Origin: Syntrophales bacterium
GTDB taxonomy: Bacteria; Desulfobacterota; Syntrophia; Syntrophales; UBA2210
Assembly (NCBI GenBank): GCA_963666365.2
Contig: CAXXNF010000001.1
Span: 800,001-864,000 of the forward strand
Length of the DNA: 64,000 nucleotides
Direction: 5' to 3'
The position numbers were made by a program, and so were the translations under genes. Below, piece after piece: positions 28,241 through 38,823 of the stretch. Under the pieces are notes generated by a model. The model made no database searches. It was not told where the DNA came from and was given only the letters and a program-made list of their open reading frames with translations. How positions within the stretch are numbered: position 1 is the first letter of the stretch; each line of letters opens with the position of its first letter.

Positions 28241-28933
28241 ATGAGGCAGTGCAGTCGTTCCCCGCGGGGGTTTACCATGCTTGAAATCATGATCGCCGTG
28301 CTCATCCTGGGGATTGTGCTTACCACCGTGTACGGCGCCTATACGGGGACGCTTCGCATTGTTGCCGACACCGAATACGCCGATGAAGTATACGGGATGG
28401 CCCGGTGCGCCGTCGAACAGATTACCCGGGATCTGGAATCCGTCTGCCGTTTCAACGGGGTGTTTACCTTCGTTTCCAAAGAGCAGGAACCGGGGAGCGA
28501 TTCCTTTGTGGCGCTGCGTTTTGTGTCGTCCCGTCATATCGGCTTTGGTGAAAACGACGGAGGAATCACCGAGATAACCTACTACGCGGCAAGAGAGGAT
28601 GACGGGGCAGACGAACGGTACAGGGTGATGAGAAGGGACATGCTGCTTCAAAAGAAGGACAGGGAAGAGGATGATGCCTTTGTCACTGAGGGAGGCTACG
28701 CCCTCTGTGAAAAGGTACAGGCCTTTTCCTGGACCTTTTTTAACAGCAACGGCGAGGAGTATGATCACTGGGATTCCGAGTCCGGTTTGTCGGAACAGAA
28801 GGGGCTGATCCCGGCGCTTGCCCGGGTGAGAATCGATTTTGCAAATCCCGCAGATGATGAAAACCCCTATCGATTTGTAACGACAGTGTATATTCCGGCG
28901 GTCGAATCGGGAAAATTATCGAAGGGGCAGTGA
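28241..28933 (+). CDS. gspJ: Type II secretion minor pseudopilin, GspJ-like
   Basis: RG|FTMLEIMIAVLIL; QITRDLES; C-terminal WDS..P...RI; AAGGAGG RBS. Confidence 0.82.
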   Translation: MRQCSRSPRGFTMLEIMIAVLILGIVLTTVYGAYTGTLRIVADTEYADEVYGMARCAVEQITRDLESVCRFNGVFTFVSKEQEPGSDSFVALRFVSSRHIGFGENDGGITEITYYAAREDDGADERYRVMRRDMLLQKKDREEDDAFVTEGGYALCEKVQAFSWTFFNSNGEEYDHWDSESGLSEQKGLIPALARVRIDFANPADDENPYRFVTTVYIPAVESGKLSKGQ

Positions 28934-28956
28934 CGCATTCAGGTCCGGTCCCGGAC

Positions 28957-30384
28957 TTATTCCTCCGCGTCAAAGACTACCTTGTACACGTTATAATATT
29001 TATTGATGTTGCTGACGTATCGCACGGTCTCCCGGCCGACCAAACGGAGTGCCGCGATTTCCACGTTGCGGAACCATCGATCCGGGTCCAAACCCATTTT
29101 TTCGGCAAGCTCGCGCGCCTTTTGTATTCGTGCGGGGCCAGCGTTATATGCGGCAAGGGCGAAACGTATCCGATCGCGCACGTGTATCGCTGCGTCGTGA
29201 AAGTATTGATCCTGCAGCATGCGCAGATATTTCACGCCTGCATGGATGTTGTTTGCCAGATTCGAGACGTTGTTAATGTTAATGCGGTGATCTGCCGCGG
29301 TGGCGGGCAGTACCTGCAGCAGGCCCACAGCGCCTGCCTGACTTGTTTTTGTATTATCCAGCCCGGATTCCTGGAAGGCCATGGCCATGATCAATTTCCA
29401 GTCATAACGATATTCCTCGGCATATTTTTTGATCAGGCCTTTGTACTTTTGTATCTGTTCGAGATCCTCCGGGTCCGCCGGGTTTTTGAGCCACTGGTTC
29501 TCTTCGAAATACCGCGTAAAATAAATATTTCCCAGCAACGTTCCCTTTTTATGCGTTTTCAGAAATTCGTTCAAGCTGTCCCTCAGCCGGGGATTCTCCT
29601 TGCGGACCATCCAGGCGATCCGGGAGCCGGTGCGAAGTGTGATATTTTTGTGGACATCTATGTCCGTAAGCACCTCGGACCATATGCCGGCAATGTGACT
29701 GTCGGCCACGGTCGTTTCAATCGCTCCAGAATTGACCATTTCCAGAATGCTTTCCGTTTCAAGATTTTCATCTGCGGGAATGATCTTCACCTTATCCTTT
29801 TTCTCATTGCGCAATTTTTTATTGAGTGCCATAAGGCTTTGATAATAGCTGCTGCTCTTTCTCACAAAGACCTTTTTCCCTGACAGATCGAAGCTGGTTG
29901 CCGGAGTAAACCCCCTTTTATGGGTAACCACCACTTCATCGATTCCCTCTACATAGGGCATTGTAAAGTCAATCCGTTTTTCCCGCTCCGGCGTTATCGT
30001 CAGCCCCGCTGCGGCGATGTCGCCGTAGCCGTCCACCAGAAGAGGGATCAGTCGGTCCCTGGAAACGGGAATAAATTCCAGGATCACCGGTATCTTCATG
30101 CCGGGGGTCGTTTCATTGAGATACTGTTCATATCCCTTGAGCAGGGAGTATTCGAAACCGAACATTTCCCCCCGGGAAATAAAGAAATTTGTCCGATTCA
30201 GCGTAGTCAGCACGCGGATATAACGCCTCTTCAGCAGGCCTTCCAGATCATCGGAATATGCTTCGGAAAGGTGGGCGTCAAGGGGCAGGTCTTTCGTCAC
30301 ATCGTCGGCCCAGGCGACGGAGAAGCACAACAACAGGAACACACTGCATGCGGCAATCGTCACATTCGGGTGCTTTAGCGGCAT
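28957..30384 (-). CDS. mltF: MltF-like lytic transglycosylase (SBP_bac_3 + SLT domains)
   Basis: GFEYSLL, GDIAAAGLTITPER; SLT motifs AFQESG, GAVGLLQV, ALAAYNAG, ETVRYV. Confidence 0.88.
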   Translation of the reverse strand: MPLKHPNVTIAACSVFLLLCFSVAWADDVTKDLPLDAHLSEAYSDDLEGLLKRRYIRVLTTLNRTNFFISRGEMFGFEYSLLKGYEQYLNETTPGMKIPVILEFIPVSRDRLIPLLVDGYGDIAAAGLTITPEREKRIDFTMPYVEGIDEVVVTHKRGFTPATSFDLSGKKVFVRKSSSYYQSLMALNKKLRNEKKDKVKIIPADENLETESILEMVNSGAIETTVADSHIAGIWSEVLTDIDVHKNITLRTGSRIAWMVRKENPRLRDSLNEFLKTHKKGTLLGNIYFTRYFEENQWLKNPADPEDLEQIQKYKGLIKKYAEEYRYDWKLIMAMAFQESGLDNTKTSQAGAVGLLQVLPATAADHRININNVSNLANNIHAGVKYLRMLQDQYFHDAAIHVRDRIRFALAAYNAGPARIQKARELAEKMGLDPDRWFRNVEIAALRLVGRETVRYVSNINKYYNVYKVVFDAEE

Positions 30385-30399
30385 GGAACCTCCATGGCA

Positions 30400-30936
30400 T
30401 CAATGCGCCGAGGGGGAAAGCACGCCCGGATAATGTCGCCTGAGATAGTCCCCGAGGGCATCCCGCGTGCTGGTAAAGGCAATCTTGTCCCAGGGAATCT
30501 CCCGGGGGCTGTAGAGCTTGACTTCCAGCGTTTCATCGGCCGCCTGGAGCTTCCCGCCCGTCGCCGCGGCCTCATAGACCACGACAATCACGGAACTCTC
30601 TTTGTAGGAATAGACCCCCACCAGAGCGCCGATTTCCACCTCGAGCGAGACTTCCTCCCTCGACTCCCGTGCCGCCGCCTCGGGTACGGTTTCTCCCAGA
30701 TCGACAAATCCTCCGGGAAGGACCCATGAACCAACAGCCGGGGGGATGCCCCGCTTGAGCAGCACAATTCCGCCGTCGATCTCAATGAGGGTACAGGCGG
30801 CAATCTTCGGATCTAGGTAGAAGACAAAGTCGCAGTGTGTGCAGACCAACCGCTTTCTCTCTCCCACTTTCACCTGCTTTTGCGCAAGCTCACCCCCGCA
30901 GAGCGGGCAGTGACGGTAGTTGCTATTTCTTTGCAT
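30400..30936 (-). CDS. NUDIX hydrolase with N-terminal zinc ribbon
   Basis: CPLCG...CTHC; Nudix box GGFVDLGETVPEAAARESREEV; start placed at MQRNSNY. Confidence 0.9.
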   Translation of the reverse strand: MQRNSNYRHCPLCGGELAQKQVKVGERKRLVCTHCDFVFYLDPKIAACTLIEIDGGIVLLKRGIPPAVGSWVLPGGFVDLGETVPEAAARESREEVSLEVEIGALVGVYSYKESSVIVVVYEAAATGGKLQAADETLEVKLYSPREIPWDKIAFTSTRDALGDYLRRHYPGVLSPSAH

Positions 30937-31480
30937 CGCTTTGATATTCCATAAAATAACGCCAGAATGCGGCAATGATGAGCGAATGACTGATTGTCCC
31001 TTCGCCGATCAGCCTCGGGATCTCTGAAAGGGGATATTGCACTATCTGAATATCTTCCTTATCGTCCAGTTCCTGCCCCCCCTGGAGCACCGCATTGCGC
31101 GCGAGAAAGGTATAGCACCGGTTGTCCTGAATGGCGGGATTGGGATAGACAAAGCCCAGGGGAATCATTTCGTCCGCCGCGTATCCCGTTTCTTCGGCCA
31201 GTTCACGACGGGCCGCGTCGCAGGGGGTATCATCCGGTTCAACGACGCCTCCGGGGATTTCAAGGGTTACCTCTCGGATCCCGTGTCGCCACTGACGGAT
31301 CATCACCACATCCCCCTGTGCCGTCAGCGGAATGACATTGACCCAGGTCGGTGATTCAAGAATAAAAAAATCATGGGCTTCCCCCGTCCGGGGTGAAAGG
31401 GCGCGATCGGTGCGAAGCCTGAATATTGGAAGCAATTCTTCGTAAACGCTCTTGATAAGGGGCCATGGTTTCGGTGACAT
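30923..31480 (-). CDS. NUDIX hydrolase, ADP-ribose pyrophosphatase-like
   Basis: IRQWRHG, LEIPGGVVEPDDTPCDAARRELAEETGY; start placed at MSPKPW. Confidence 0.9.
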   Translation of the reverse strand: MSPKPWPLIKSVYEELLPIFRLRTDRALSPRTGEAHDFFILESPTWVNVIPLTAQGDVVMIRQWRHGIREVTLEIPGGVVEPDDTPCDAARRELAEETGYAADEMIPLGFVYPNPAIQDNRCYTFLARNAVLQGGQELDDKEDIQIVQYPLSEIPRLIGEGTISHSLIIAAFWRYFMEYQSDAKK

Positions 31481-31728
31481 GCATTCACTTTTATAGAAAA
31501 ACAGCACAGCGGTCAAGAGCAAAGAGGGTGCTGAAAGAGCCTCGTCTGCGGCGCGACCCCCTCAACTGCAGTTGTCCTATCATCTATTTGACTGAAGGGG
31601 ATAAAAAGATTAAAGAAGAACAGACTTTCGTGAAGAGACGCAAAGGTTATGAGAAAAATAGAATGGGACTCTCAGCGTCGCTGCGTCTCTGGGGGAAAAA
31701 GAAATATTGAAGCGTCGGATGAGATTGT

Positions 31729-32550
31729 ATGAAGATTGAGCCCCTTTCAAAAAACCGGGAAAAGCTGATTCGCGCACTACACGCGAAAAAATATCGCCGC
31801 GAACAGAAGCTGTTTCTGGCTGAAGGCACCAACGCCCTTTCCGAAGCCCGCAGGGGAGCGCTCTATCCACTCAGGGAGATTGTTGTTTGTGAGAACATCC
31901 TCGACAGAGTTGAAAACATGTTGAGCAATCGGGCGACGCTGCCGGCGGACGTGACCGTGTTTTCCTGCTCCGCCCCTACAATGAAAAAGCTTTCGACGGA
32001 AGAAAGTCCCCAGGGCATTCTCGCGGTATGCAGCGGTTCGCTCTTTTCCTTTCAGGATCTGCGTCGCCACCCTTCGGAAACAATGGTCTATCTCGACGGC
32101 GTATCCGATCCGGGCAATCTGGGCACGGTATTGAGAACGGCTCTCTGGTTCGGCATCACCCAGTTCCTGCTCGGACCCGATTGTGTCGACCCTTTTAATA
32201 CCAAGGTCATACGGGCCTCGGCGGGTGCGCTCTTCGGCGCTGAAATCTACGGCCCTGTTACGATTGATGAACTTCTCCGATTCGCGAAGGAGAGGGGTTA
32301 CAGGATGACGGCCACGGTTCCCAGGCAGGGAGATCCGGTTGACCGCTGGGCGGCAGGGGAAAAAGAAATCATCCTGCTCGGACAGGAAGCGCGGGGGCTT
32401 GCTCCTCGCCTGATCGAAAGGGCCGACTCGCGTATTTCAATACCCGGGGCCGGCATGGTTGAATCACTCAATCTCGCCACGGCGGCCTCGATCGTGTTCT
32501 ATGAACTCAGCCGCGCCCGAGCGCGGCGAAGCGCGTTGGGAACAGCATGA
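31729..32550 (+). CDS. TrmH/SpoU-family RNA 2'-O-methyltransferase
   Basis: DPGNLGTVLRTA, LGQEARGL, IPGAGMVESLNLATA. Confidence 0.93.
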   Translation: MKIEPLSKNREKLIRALHAKKYRREQKLFLAEGTNALSEARRGALYPLREIVVCENILDRVENMLSNRATLPADVTVFSCSAPTMKKLSTEESPQGILAVCSGSLFSFQDLRRHPSETMVYLDGVSDPGNLGTVLRTALWFGITQFLLGPDCVDPFNTKVIRASAGALFGAEIYGPVTIDELLRFAKERGYRMTATVPRQGDPVDRWAAGEKEIILLGQEARGLAPRLIERADSRISIPGAGMVESLNLATAASIVFYELSRARARRSALGTA

Positions 32551-32627
32551 CGATTTTTCTGAACGATCCTAACGCTCATAACGCTCTCAACGATCTTAAC
32601 GATAGTAACGTTTTTAAGGAGAATTTT

Positions 32628-33380
32628 ATGAAGGTGTTGTGTGTAACCCTGCTCGCGCTTGTGCTGGCGGGCGGCATCGCCGCCCCGGCTGCAACGGGCG
32701 AGGAGCCTATTGCCATCACCGTTGCCACTGACGCCACATGGCCTCCCATGGAGATGGTGGATGAGAACAAAAATATCATCGGATTCGACATCGATTTCAT
32801 GAATGCCGTGGCAAAGGAGGCGGGGCTGGTCGTGACATATAAGAATACGGCCTGGGACGGTATTTTTGCGGGCATCGCCCTGGGGAAATATGACGCGATT
32901 GTCTCATCGGTCACCATCCTGAAAGAACGGAATAAAATGATGGATTTTTCGATACCCTACATGAAGGCCGGCCAGGTGCTTATTGTGCCGAAGGAATGCG
33001 ACAATGTCACGGTCCTGGCCGATCTGGCCGAGGGGTCAAAGGTGGGCGCCCAGTTCGGCACCACAGGATCCTTCGAGATCAAAAAGATCGAGGGGCTGGA
33101 GCTGAAAGCATACGCCGACATCGGACTAGCCTTTGAGGATATGGTCGTGGGCCGTATCGATGCCGTGGTATGCGACACCCCCGCCGCCGAGAATTACGCG
33201 CTGAAACGGCATCAGTACGCGGATCGATTCAAGATTGTGGGACAGCCTTTCACGGAGGAGTACTATGGGATAGCCGTCAGGAAGGGCAACAAACGGCTTC
33301 TCGATCTTATCAACAGAGGGATTCGCGCGGTGAAGGAAAAGGGCATTCTGGCAGAGTTAGAGGAAAAGTGGCTCAGATAA
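32628..33380 (+). CDS. Polar (basic) amino-acid ABC transporter substrate-binding protein
   Basis: AAGGAG RBS before ATG 32628; DATWPPME, GFDIDF, WDGIFAG, EYYGIAVRKG. Confidence 0.92.
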   Translation: MKVLCVTLLALVLAGGIAAPAATGEEPIAITVATDATWPPMEMVDENKNIIGFDIDFMNAVAKEAGLVVTYKNTAWDGIFAGIALGKYDAIVSSVTILKERNKMMDFSIPYMKAGQVLIVPKECDNVTVLADLAEGSKVGAQFGTTGSFEIKKIEGLELKAYADIGLAFEDMVVGRIDAVVCDTPAAENYALKRHQYADRFKIVGQPFTEEYYGIAVRKGNKRLLDLINRGIRAVKEKGILAELEEKWLR

Positions 33381-34174
33381 AGGAAAAAAGTAACGGCGGA
33401 TTTCAAAAAACGGTCATTGCCGTGACCGACGGCGTCGCCATCCCGCGCAAGAAGGATGCGGGGCTGTTTACCGCCTGGAGAATTTCCTTTGTCGGCGCCG
33501 TCGCCGCGGTCGTTTTCCTTGTTGTCTTTAAAAAAGACCCTTATCTGGCAATTCTCAAATTTCTGCCCGATGGCATACTGGTCACGTTTCAGGTAACCGT
33601 CGAGGCGATTCTTCTTGCCGTCTTCATCGGCCTCTTTACCGGACTCGGCAGGCTGTCGAAACACAGAATCATCAACGGAATCGCCTCGGTGTATGTAGAG
33701 GTGGTCCGCGGCATTCCGCTGCTGGTACAGCTTTTCTACATCTATTTCGCCCTGGGACGAATCGTCAATCTGCCTGCCGTCGCCAGCGCCGTAATCGCCA
33801 TGGCGATCTGCTACGGAGCGTACATGGGCGAAATTTTCAGGGCCGGCATCGCATCCATTCCCAGGGGGCAGACTGAGGCGGCCCGTTCCCTCGGCATGAC
33901 CTCAACGCAGACCATGATCCATGTCGTGCTTCCCCAGGCCTTCAGAACCATTCTCCCGCCTGTCGGAAATGAATGTGTCGCCCTTTTGAAGGACTCATCC
34001 CTTGTGTCGATTCTTGCCGTATCGGATCTTTTCAGGAGAGGAAGGGAATTCGCGGCGGAAAGCTTCGCCTATTTCGAAACCTATACGATGGTCGCGCTTA
34101 TGTATCTGATCATCACCCTCTTTCTCTCGAAACTTATCAGCATCATGGAGGACCGCCTCAATGTGGACGAGTAA
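33368..34174 (+). CDS. Amino-acid ABC transporter permease
   Basis: [18 protein letters not shown] loop [18 protein letters not shown]; start (GTG 33368) uncertain. Confidence 0.9.
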   Translation: MAQIKEKSNGGFQKTVIAVTDGVAIPRKKDAGLFTAWRISFVGAVAAVVFLVVFKKDPYLAILKFLPDGILVTFQVTVEAILLAVFIGLFTGLGRLSKHRIINGIASVYVEVVRGIPLLVQLFYIYFALGRIVNLPAVASAVIAMAICYGAYMGEIFRAGIASIPRGQTEAARSLGMTSTQTMIHVVLPQAFRTILPPVGNECVALLKDSSLVSILAVSDLFRRGREFAAESFAYFETYTMVALMYLIITLFLSKLISIMEDRLNVDE

Positions 34175-34907
34175 CGGGGAGGCAATACTCCGGGCAATAA
34201 AGGTGGTGAAGCACTTCGGCGCGCTGAAGGCACTTGACGATCTGTCACTGGACGTCTGCAACGGTGAGAAAGTGGTCATTATCGGTCCCAGCGGTTCCGG
34301 GAAAAGCACCCTCCTCAGGACGCTGAACCGGCTGGAAACAATAGATTCGGGCCGGATTTTCTTTGACGGCATCGATATCACCGATCCCAAGATTGCTATC
34401 AACAAGGTTCGTGAAGAAATCGGCATGGTATTTCAGGCTTTTAACCTCTTCCCCCACAAAACGGTTCTCCAGAATGTGAATCTGGCGCAACAGGTCGTAA
34501 GAAAGCGCTCAAAGGAGGAAGCAGCCGAAATTTCGATGGCACTGCTTGAAAAGGTGGATATTGTTGAAAAGGCGCATCACTATCCCGCAAGGCTTTCGGG
34601 AGGACAGCAGCAGCGAGTCGCCATCGCACGGGCGCTCGCCATGAAACCTAAGGTGATGCTCTTCGACGAACCCACATCGGCCCTTGACCCTGAAATGATA
34701 GGCGAAGTGCTTGAAGTGATGAAACGGCTCGCGAAAGAGGGAATGACCATGATCGTGGTCACCCACGAAATGGGGTTCGCCCGCGAGGTGGCCGACCGGA
34801 TTATCTTTATGGATTGCGGCGCCGTCATCGAAGAAGGCACACCGGAACATTTTTTCGAAAACCCCGGAGAAGAACGGACCAAGCTCTTCCTTAATCAAAT
34901 ACTGTAG
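34161..34907 (+). CDS. Amino-acid ABC transporter ATP-binding protein (GlnQ family)
   Basis: [36 protein letters not shown]. Confidence 0.95.
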   Translation: MWTSNGEAILRAIKVVKHFGALKALDDLSLDVCNGEKVVIIGPSGSGKSTLLRTLNRLETIDSGRIFFDGIDITDPKIAINKVREEIGMVFQAFNLFPHKTVLQNVNLAQQVVRKRSKEEAAEISMALLEKVDIVEKAHHYPARLSGGQQQRVAIARALAMKPKVMLFDEPTSALDPEMIGEVLEVMKRLAKEGMTMIVVTHEMGFAREVADRIIFMDCGAVIEEGTPEHFFENPGEERTKLFLNQIL

Positions 34908-34966
34908 AAAAAACGAACCTTTTTATCTTTTCATACTTTTCCTAGCGTTCTTACTGTTCCTACTTT

Positions 34967-36769
34967 CTAATAATAATACCAGATGGTCCCGTACTGTTCC
35001 ATGTCTTCCCCTTCCGCTCGCAGCCGCTCAAGATACTCGTAGATGGACACATCGGCATGGACATAGGTGTCGACAAGCTTCATGTTCTTTTCCCAGGGGT
35101 GGAACTCGTATACCCTCCGTCCGTCGGGCAGAATGGAAATAATGTCGCGGTGCTGGGCGCCGCGGAGATAATTCTTCCCCAGACCGGGCACATTAAACAC
35201 CACTTCATCGGTGCGGACCGTTCCCGGGAAGAGACGGACCTCCTCCTTCTGCTCCTGGAGAATGCGCGCCAGCGGCACCCGGTAATCGTTCGTCTCCTCC
35301 TTGCCCTTCGTATTGAAACTGTAGTACGGGGTCACTCCGATCATGCGCAATTTGTCACGAAGAAAGGCGGCCTCGTATTTGCGTGAATTATAATAGGTAA
35401 AGACCATCTGATTGTAGATGCTGATTCCTGTTCTTCTGAACTTCTGCACCGACTCCATCATTTCGGGCGTGATCTCGTAAGGATGTTCACAGTGGGTCAC
35501 CAGGACGATTTCCCTTCGCCCCGGCTGATGAAATCTGCTGATTGTCGATACCAGATTGTCGGTGACCCGCTGGGGCAGGGTTATGTGCATGCGCGTGCCG
35601 ATACGGATCCGCTCTATGTGATCGATGCGGGCAAGATCGGACATAATCTCCTCAATCCTCTCATCGGACAGCAGAAAGGGATCTCCACCCGTAACCAGCA
35701 CCTCCTTAATTGATACAGTGCCGGCGATCCATCGAATGGCCCGGTCGATGTCATGCTTAGACATGACGGCATCGGGCATGCAGGCATCTTCAATCTGCCA
35801 GTTTCTCTGGCAGTAGACGCAGATCTGGGGACAGGTCATAATCGGCTTCAGAATCACGATCATAGGGTAACGCCGGGTGATCCCTTCGATGGGAGAGGTG
35901 TCCTTTTCGAGCATGAAATCCATGGACGCGCCGCTTTCTCGGGCGCTCCGTATCGACTCCACATAGTAACGCGAGGGGATCACCTGCATCCTTACCGCCC
36001 GGTCATTGCCCACGGGGCTGCTTTTCCGGTCCATAAGCGATACATAATAGGGCGTAATACCGAAGGGGATGCCGTAGCTGCGCGCACGCCGCACCGCCTC
36101 CTCTTCATCGGGGGAAAGGACGACAAGGTCTTTCAGGGTATCGGCATCCCTCACCACGTGCCGGACATGCCATTTCCAGTCGTTCCAGTCATCACTGCTT
36201 CCTTTGAAGTAGGCAAGAATCCTCTCGCGATTCTCTCTTCGCCTTTCCATTATTCCAGGATCAAGTCCCCAGGGATACCGATTCGCGAAGCTTTGCACAT
36301 TCATGGCCATATCGGAAAGATCGGCTGATCTGATTCGCGCGGCCTCCCTCCCCTCCGCCTCATGAAAGGGGGTCACCTGAGTGTCGTCATAGACCTGCGC
36401 CCCCCCGCTCATCCCCAGCATGAGGTGCTCCAGTTCGGCAAAAAACCCGGGAGTCGGCGCCTGAAGGTCGGAGATATCCTCCTTGTGAAGAAGATCGTTG
36501 AGGTACTGAAGCAGGCTGTACCCTGCAAGGCGCTCGTTCCGTGTGGAAAGCATGTTTTCAAAGGCGCCGTGAGCGCTCCGGATCACCACCCATTCCAGCG
36601 GGTGAAGATCGTGGTCCTCATCAAAGGTGGAAAGATGGTCATGACAGATGTGACTCCTGATCGCCTCTCTCTTCGCATCAATCCTGTCGGGTGAGAGAAG
36701 AATATCCCTCAAGGCGGGCATCATATCAAATATTTCCGTTATTCGTTTTTTAATCTGCGCTCTATCCAT
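34967..36769 (-). CDS. KamA-family radical SAM protein (lysine 2,3-aminomutase-like) with long N-terminal extension
   Basis: WNDWKW, ITPYY, CPQICVYCQR, VTGGDPF, RIGTR, PGLGK. Confidence 0.9.
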   Translation of the reverse strand: MDRAQIKKRITEIFDMMPALRDILLSPDRIDAKREAIRSHICHDHLSTFDEDHDLHPLEWVVIRSAHGAFENMLSTRNERLAGYSLLQYLNDLLHKEDISDLQAPTPGFFAELEHLMLGMSGGAQVYDDTQVTPFHEAEGREAARIRSADLSDMAMNVQSFANRYPWGLDPGIMERRRENRERILAYFKGSSDDWNDWKWHVRHVVRDADTLKDLVVLSPDEEEAVRRARSYGIPFGITPYYVSLMDRKSSPVGNDRAVRMQVIPSRYYVESIRSARESGASMDFMLEKDTSPIEGITRRYPMIVILKPIMTCPQICVYCQRNWQIEDACMPDAVMSKHDIDRAIRWIAGTVSIKEVLVTGGDPFLLSDERIEEIMSDLARIDHIERIRIGTRMHITLPQRVTDNLVSTISRFHQPGRREIVLVTHCEHPYEITPEMMESVQKFRRTGISIYNQMVFTYYNSRKYEAAFLRDKLRMIGVTPYYSFNTKGKEETNDYRVPLARILQEQKEEVRLFPGTVRTDEVVFNVPGLGKNYLRGAQHRDIISILPDGRRVYEFHPWEKNMKLVDTYVHADVSIYEYLERLRAEGEDMEQYGTIWYYY

Positions 36770-37125
36770 GGTAGTTCCTCGCCGAATTCATCCAATCCAC
36801 TGCTTCCGTCCCTGTAAACCGGCATACATACCTCTTGTGCACCCTGTCTCTTACACCTTTTGTATCCCTGCAGACCGCAGGTTGTTGAGGCCTGAACAGC
36901 TTCGATGGATAATTTAAGAAACGCTCAATGCGAACTGTGACGTGTTCATATAGCATATCTCCAGGTGAAATAAAAGCATAAGACGACCCCGGAACACAGC
37001 CTGTCAGTGTCTTGCTTTTTTGCGCGTTCATCACAGATCCCTTCCAAAGGGGGCTTCTTTTTCTTGTCACTGGCGCCTGTCATCACGTATACTCTTATAA
37101 ACAAATAAAAAAGGCCGATTCCTCC

Positions 37126-38733
37126 ATGATATTTCATCACATAATCGTTGCACTTGCCGGATTGACGCTCTTTCTCTTTTCCATGATAAGGTTGACCGAT
37201 GCGGTGCGACTCCACGTCACCAGCACACGCATCAGATCGCTTTTTCAATATGCCGTCAAGACTCCCCTTTACGGGCTTATTACCGGCATCATCGTCACCA
37301 TCCTCTTTCAGAGCAGCTCCGCCACGTCCGTTCTCGCAGTGGGTCTTGTAAGTTCCGGTCTCATAAGTTTTTTTCACTCTCTCGGCATAATTCTCGGGGC
37401 CGATATCGGAACGACACTGACCATACAGTTTGTCGTGTGGAAAATTACGGATATCTCACCTTTATTTATCATTGCCGGCGGATGCGCCTGGTTTTTGGGA
37501 AAGGAACGGTGGACCCAAGCGGGCGAGGCGGTGTTTTTCTTCGGCCTTATGTTCTTCGGCCTTCAGATTGTGTCCGTTGCCGCCGAGCCTCTCAAGGACA
37601 GTCCCCATGTAGTCAATTTTTTTAAACACACAACGAATCCTTTGCTGGGAGCGCTGATCGGACTGGGATTCACTGCCATTGTCCAGTCCTCCGCGGTACC
37701 GATCGCACTTCTTGTAATACTGGGGCAATACGACCTCATCACCTTGGAAAAGGCCTTTCCCCTTGTGCTGGGCGCAAACCTGGGAACCGCCGTCACTGCA
37801 ATGCTTGCGGGCATAGTCGCGAATATCGAAGGAAAACGATCGGCGCTCTCCCACTTTCTCTTCAAATTTGTCGGCGTCCTTTTGTGCCTTATATTTCTCT
37901 CGCCCCTGACGGCCCTGGTGCAGGCCGTCTCATCAAGCACGCCCCAGCAGATCGCACTGGGGCATTTCGTCTTCAATGCGCTGCTTGCCCTTCTCTTTCT
38001 CCCCATCCTTGGCCCCTTTTCCCGACTTGTGGTCAGAATCCTGCCGGGGAAGGAAGAGGTTTTTTCAATATGGCCCGGCTTTCTTGACAAGAAGTATCTC
38101 TCGGATGCGGATACCGCACTTTCCCGCGTACAGCTGGAACTGGAACGTCAAATGATCCTTGCCCGGCGCATGATGAACAAGGCCATAGAAATGATCTCCA
38201 CCTATGCGAAGGGCCATTATCGCGACATTATCTACATCGAAGATGTCGTTGACAGCCTGCAGAAAGAAATCAGCGACTATCTCCGAAATATTTCTCAAAG
38301 CCCCCTGGAACAGGAAACGTCGAAACGACTCTTTCTCTTTACCTCCATGGTGGATGACATAGAACGAATCGCCGATCACGCCGTCAATATCGCGGAACTG
38401 GCGGAGTTAAAACATAGACGGAATGTGCAGTTTTCGACTTACGCCGACAGCGATTTCGATGAAATAAAAAATCTTGTGACAAAAAACGTGGATGACGCCC
38501 TCTCGCTCATGAGGGAACAGAGCAATGCGACAATTGCGCACATCTTCTCCCGGGAAGAACGGGTGGATCAACTCTTCAAGGAGGCCAAAGAACGCCATCT
38601 CGAACGATACTACAAGAAGATCTGCCACGCGGAAGCGGGACCCATATTTATCGATCTGCTGATCAATTTGGAGCGCGTATCCGATCACTGCGAAAATATC
38701 GCCGAAGATTTTGGGGAGATAAAAGGAAAGTAG
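37126..38733 (+). CDS. Na+/Pi cotransporter family protein with PhoU-like C-terminal domains
   Basis: QSSSAT, GADIGTT, QSSA, GANLGT; DIERIADHAVNI, NLERVSDHCENI; start moved to ATG 37126. Confidence 0.93.
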   Translation: MIFHHIIVALAGLTLFLFSMIRLTDAVRLHVTSTRIRSLFQYAVKTPLYGLITGIIVTILFQSSSATSVLAVGLVSSGLISFFHSLGIILGADIGTTLTIQFVVWKITDISPLFIIAGGCAWFLGKERWTQAGEAVFFFGLMFFGLQIVSVAAEPLKDSPHVVNFFKHTTNPLLGALIGLGFTAIVQSSAVPIALLVILGQYDLITLEKAFPLVLGANLGTAVTAMLAGIVANIEGKRSALSHFLFKFVGVLLCLIFLSPLTALVQAVSSSTPQQIALGHFVFNALLALLFLPILGPFSRLVVRILPGKEEVFSIWPGFLDKKYLSDADTALSRVQLELERQMILARRMMNKAIEMISTYAKGHYRDIIYIEDVVDSLQKEISDYLRNISQSPLEQETSKRLFLFTSMVDDIERIADHAVNIAELAELKHRRNVQFSTYADSDFDEIKNLVTKNVDDALSLMREQSNATIAHIFSREERVDQLFKEAKERHLERYYKKICHAEAGPIFIDLLINLERVSDHCENIAEDFGEIKGK

Positions 38734-38822
38734 GGAAAGTAGGAAAAGTAAGGTACGCATATAGACCAAACAGACCCAATAGACCAACTGAACCAGATAG
38801 ACCAGATAGACCAGACAGACCG
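38730..38822. repeat. 9-mer tandem repeat array between convergent genes
   Basis: ccaaacaga cccaataga ccaactgaa ccagataga ccagataga ccagacaga, preceded by agggaaagt aggaaaagt. Confidence 0.75.
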
Positions 38823-38823
38823 T

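Noticed and set aside
36762..36956. Small ORF or leader peptide upstream of the KamA-like gene
   Set aside because: RBS spacing poor for the longer ORF, and the 11-codon alternative has no telling amino-acid bias
37000..37085. Pho box upstream of the Na/Pi cotransporter
   Set aside because: TGTCA repeats are not at the 11 bp period
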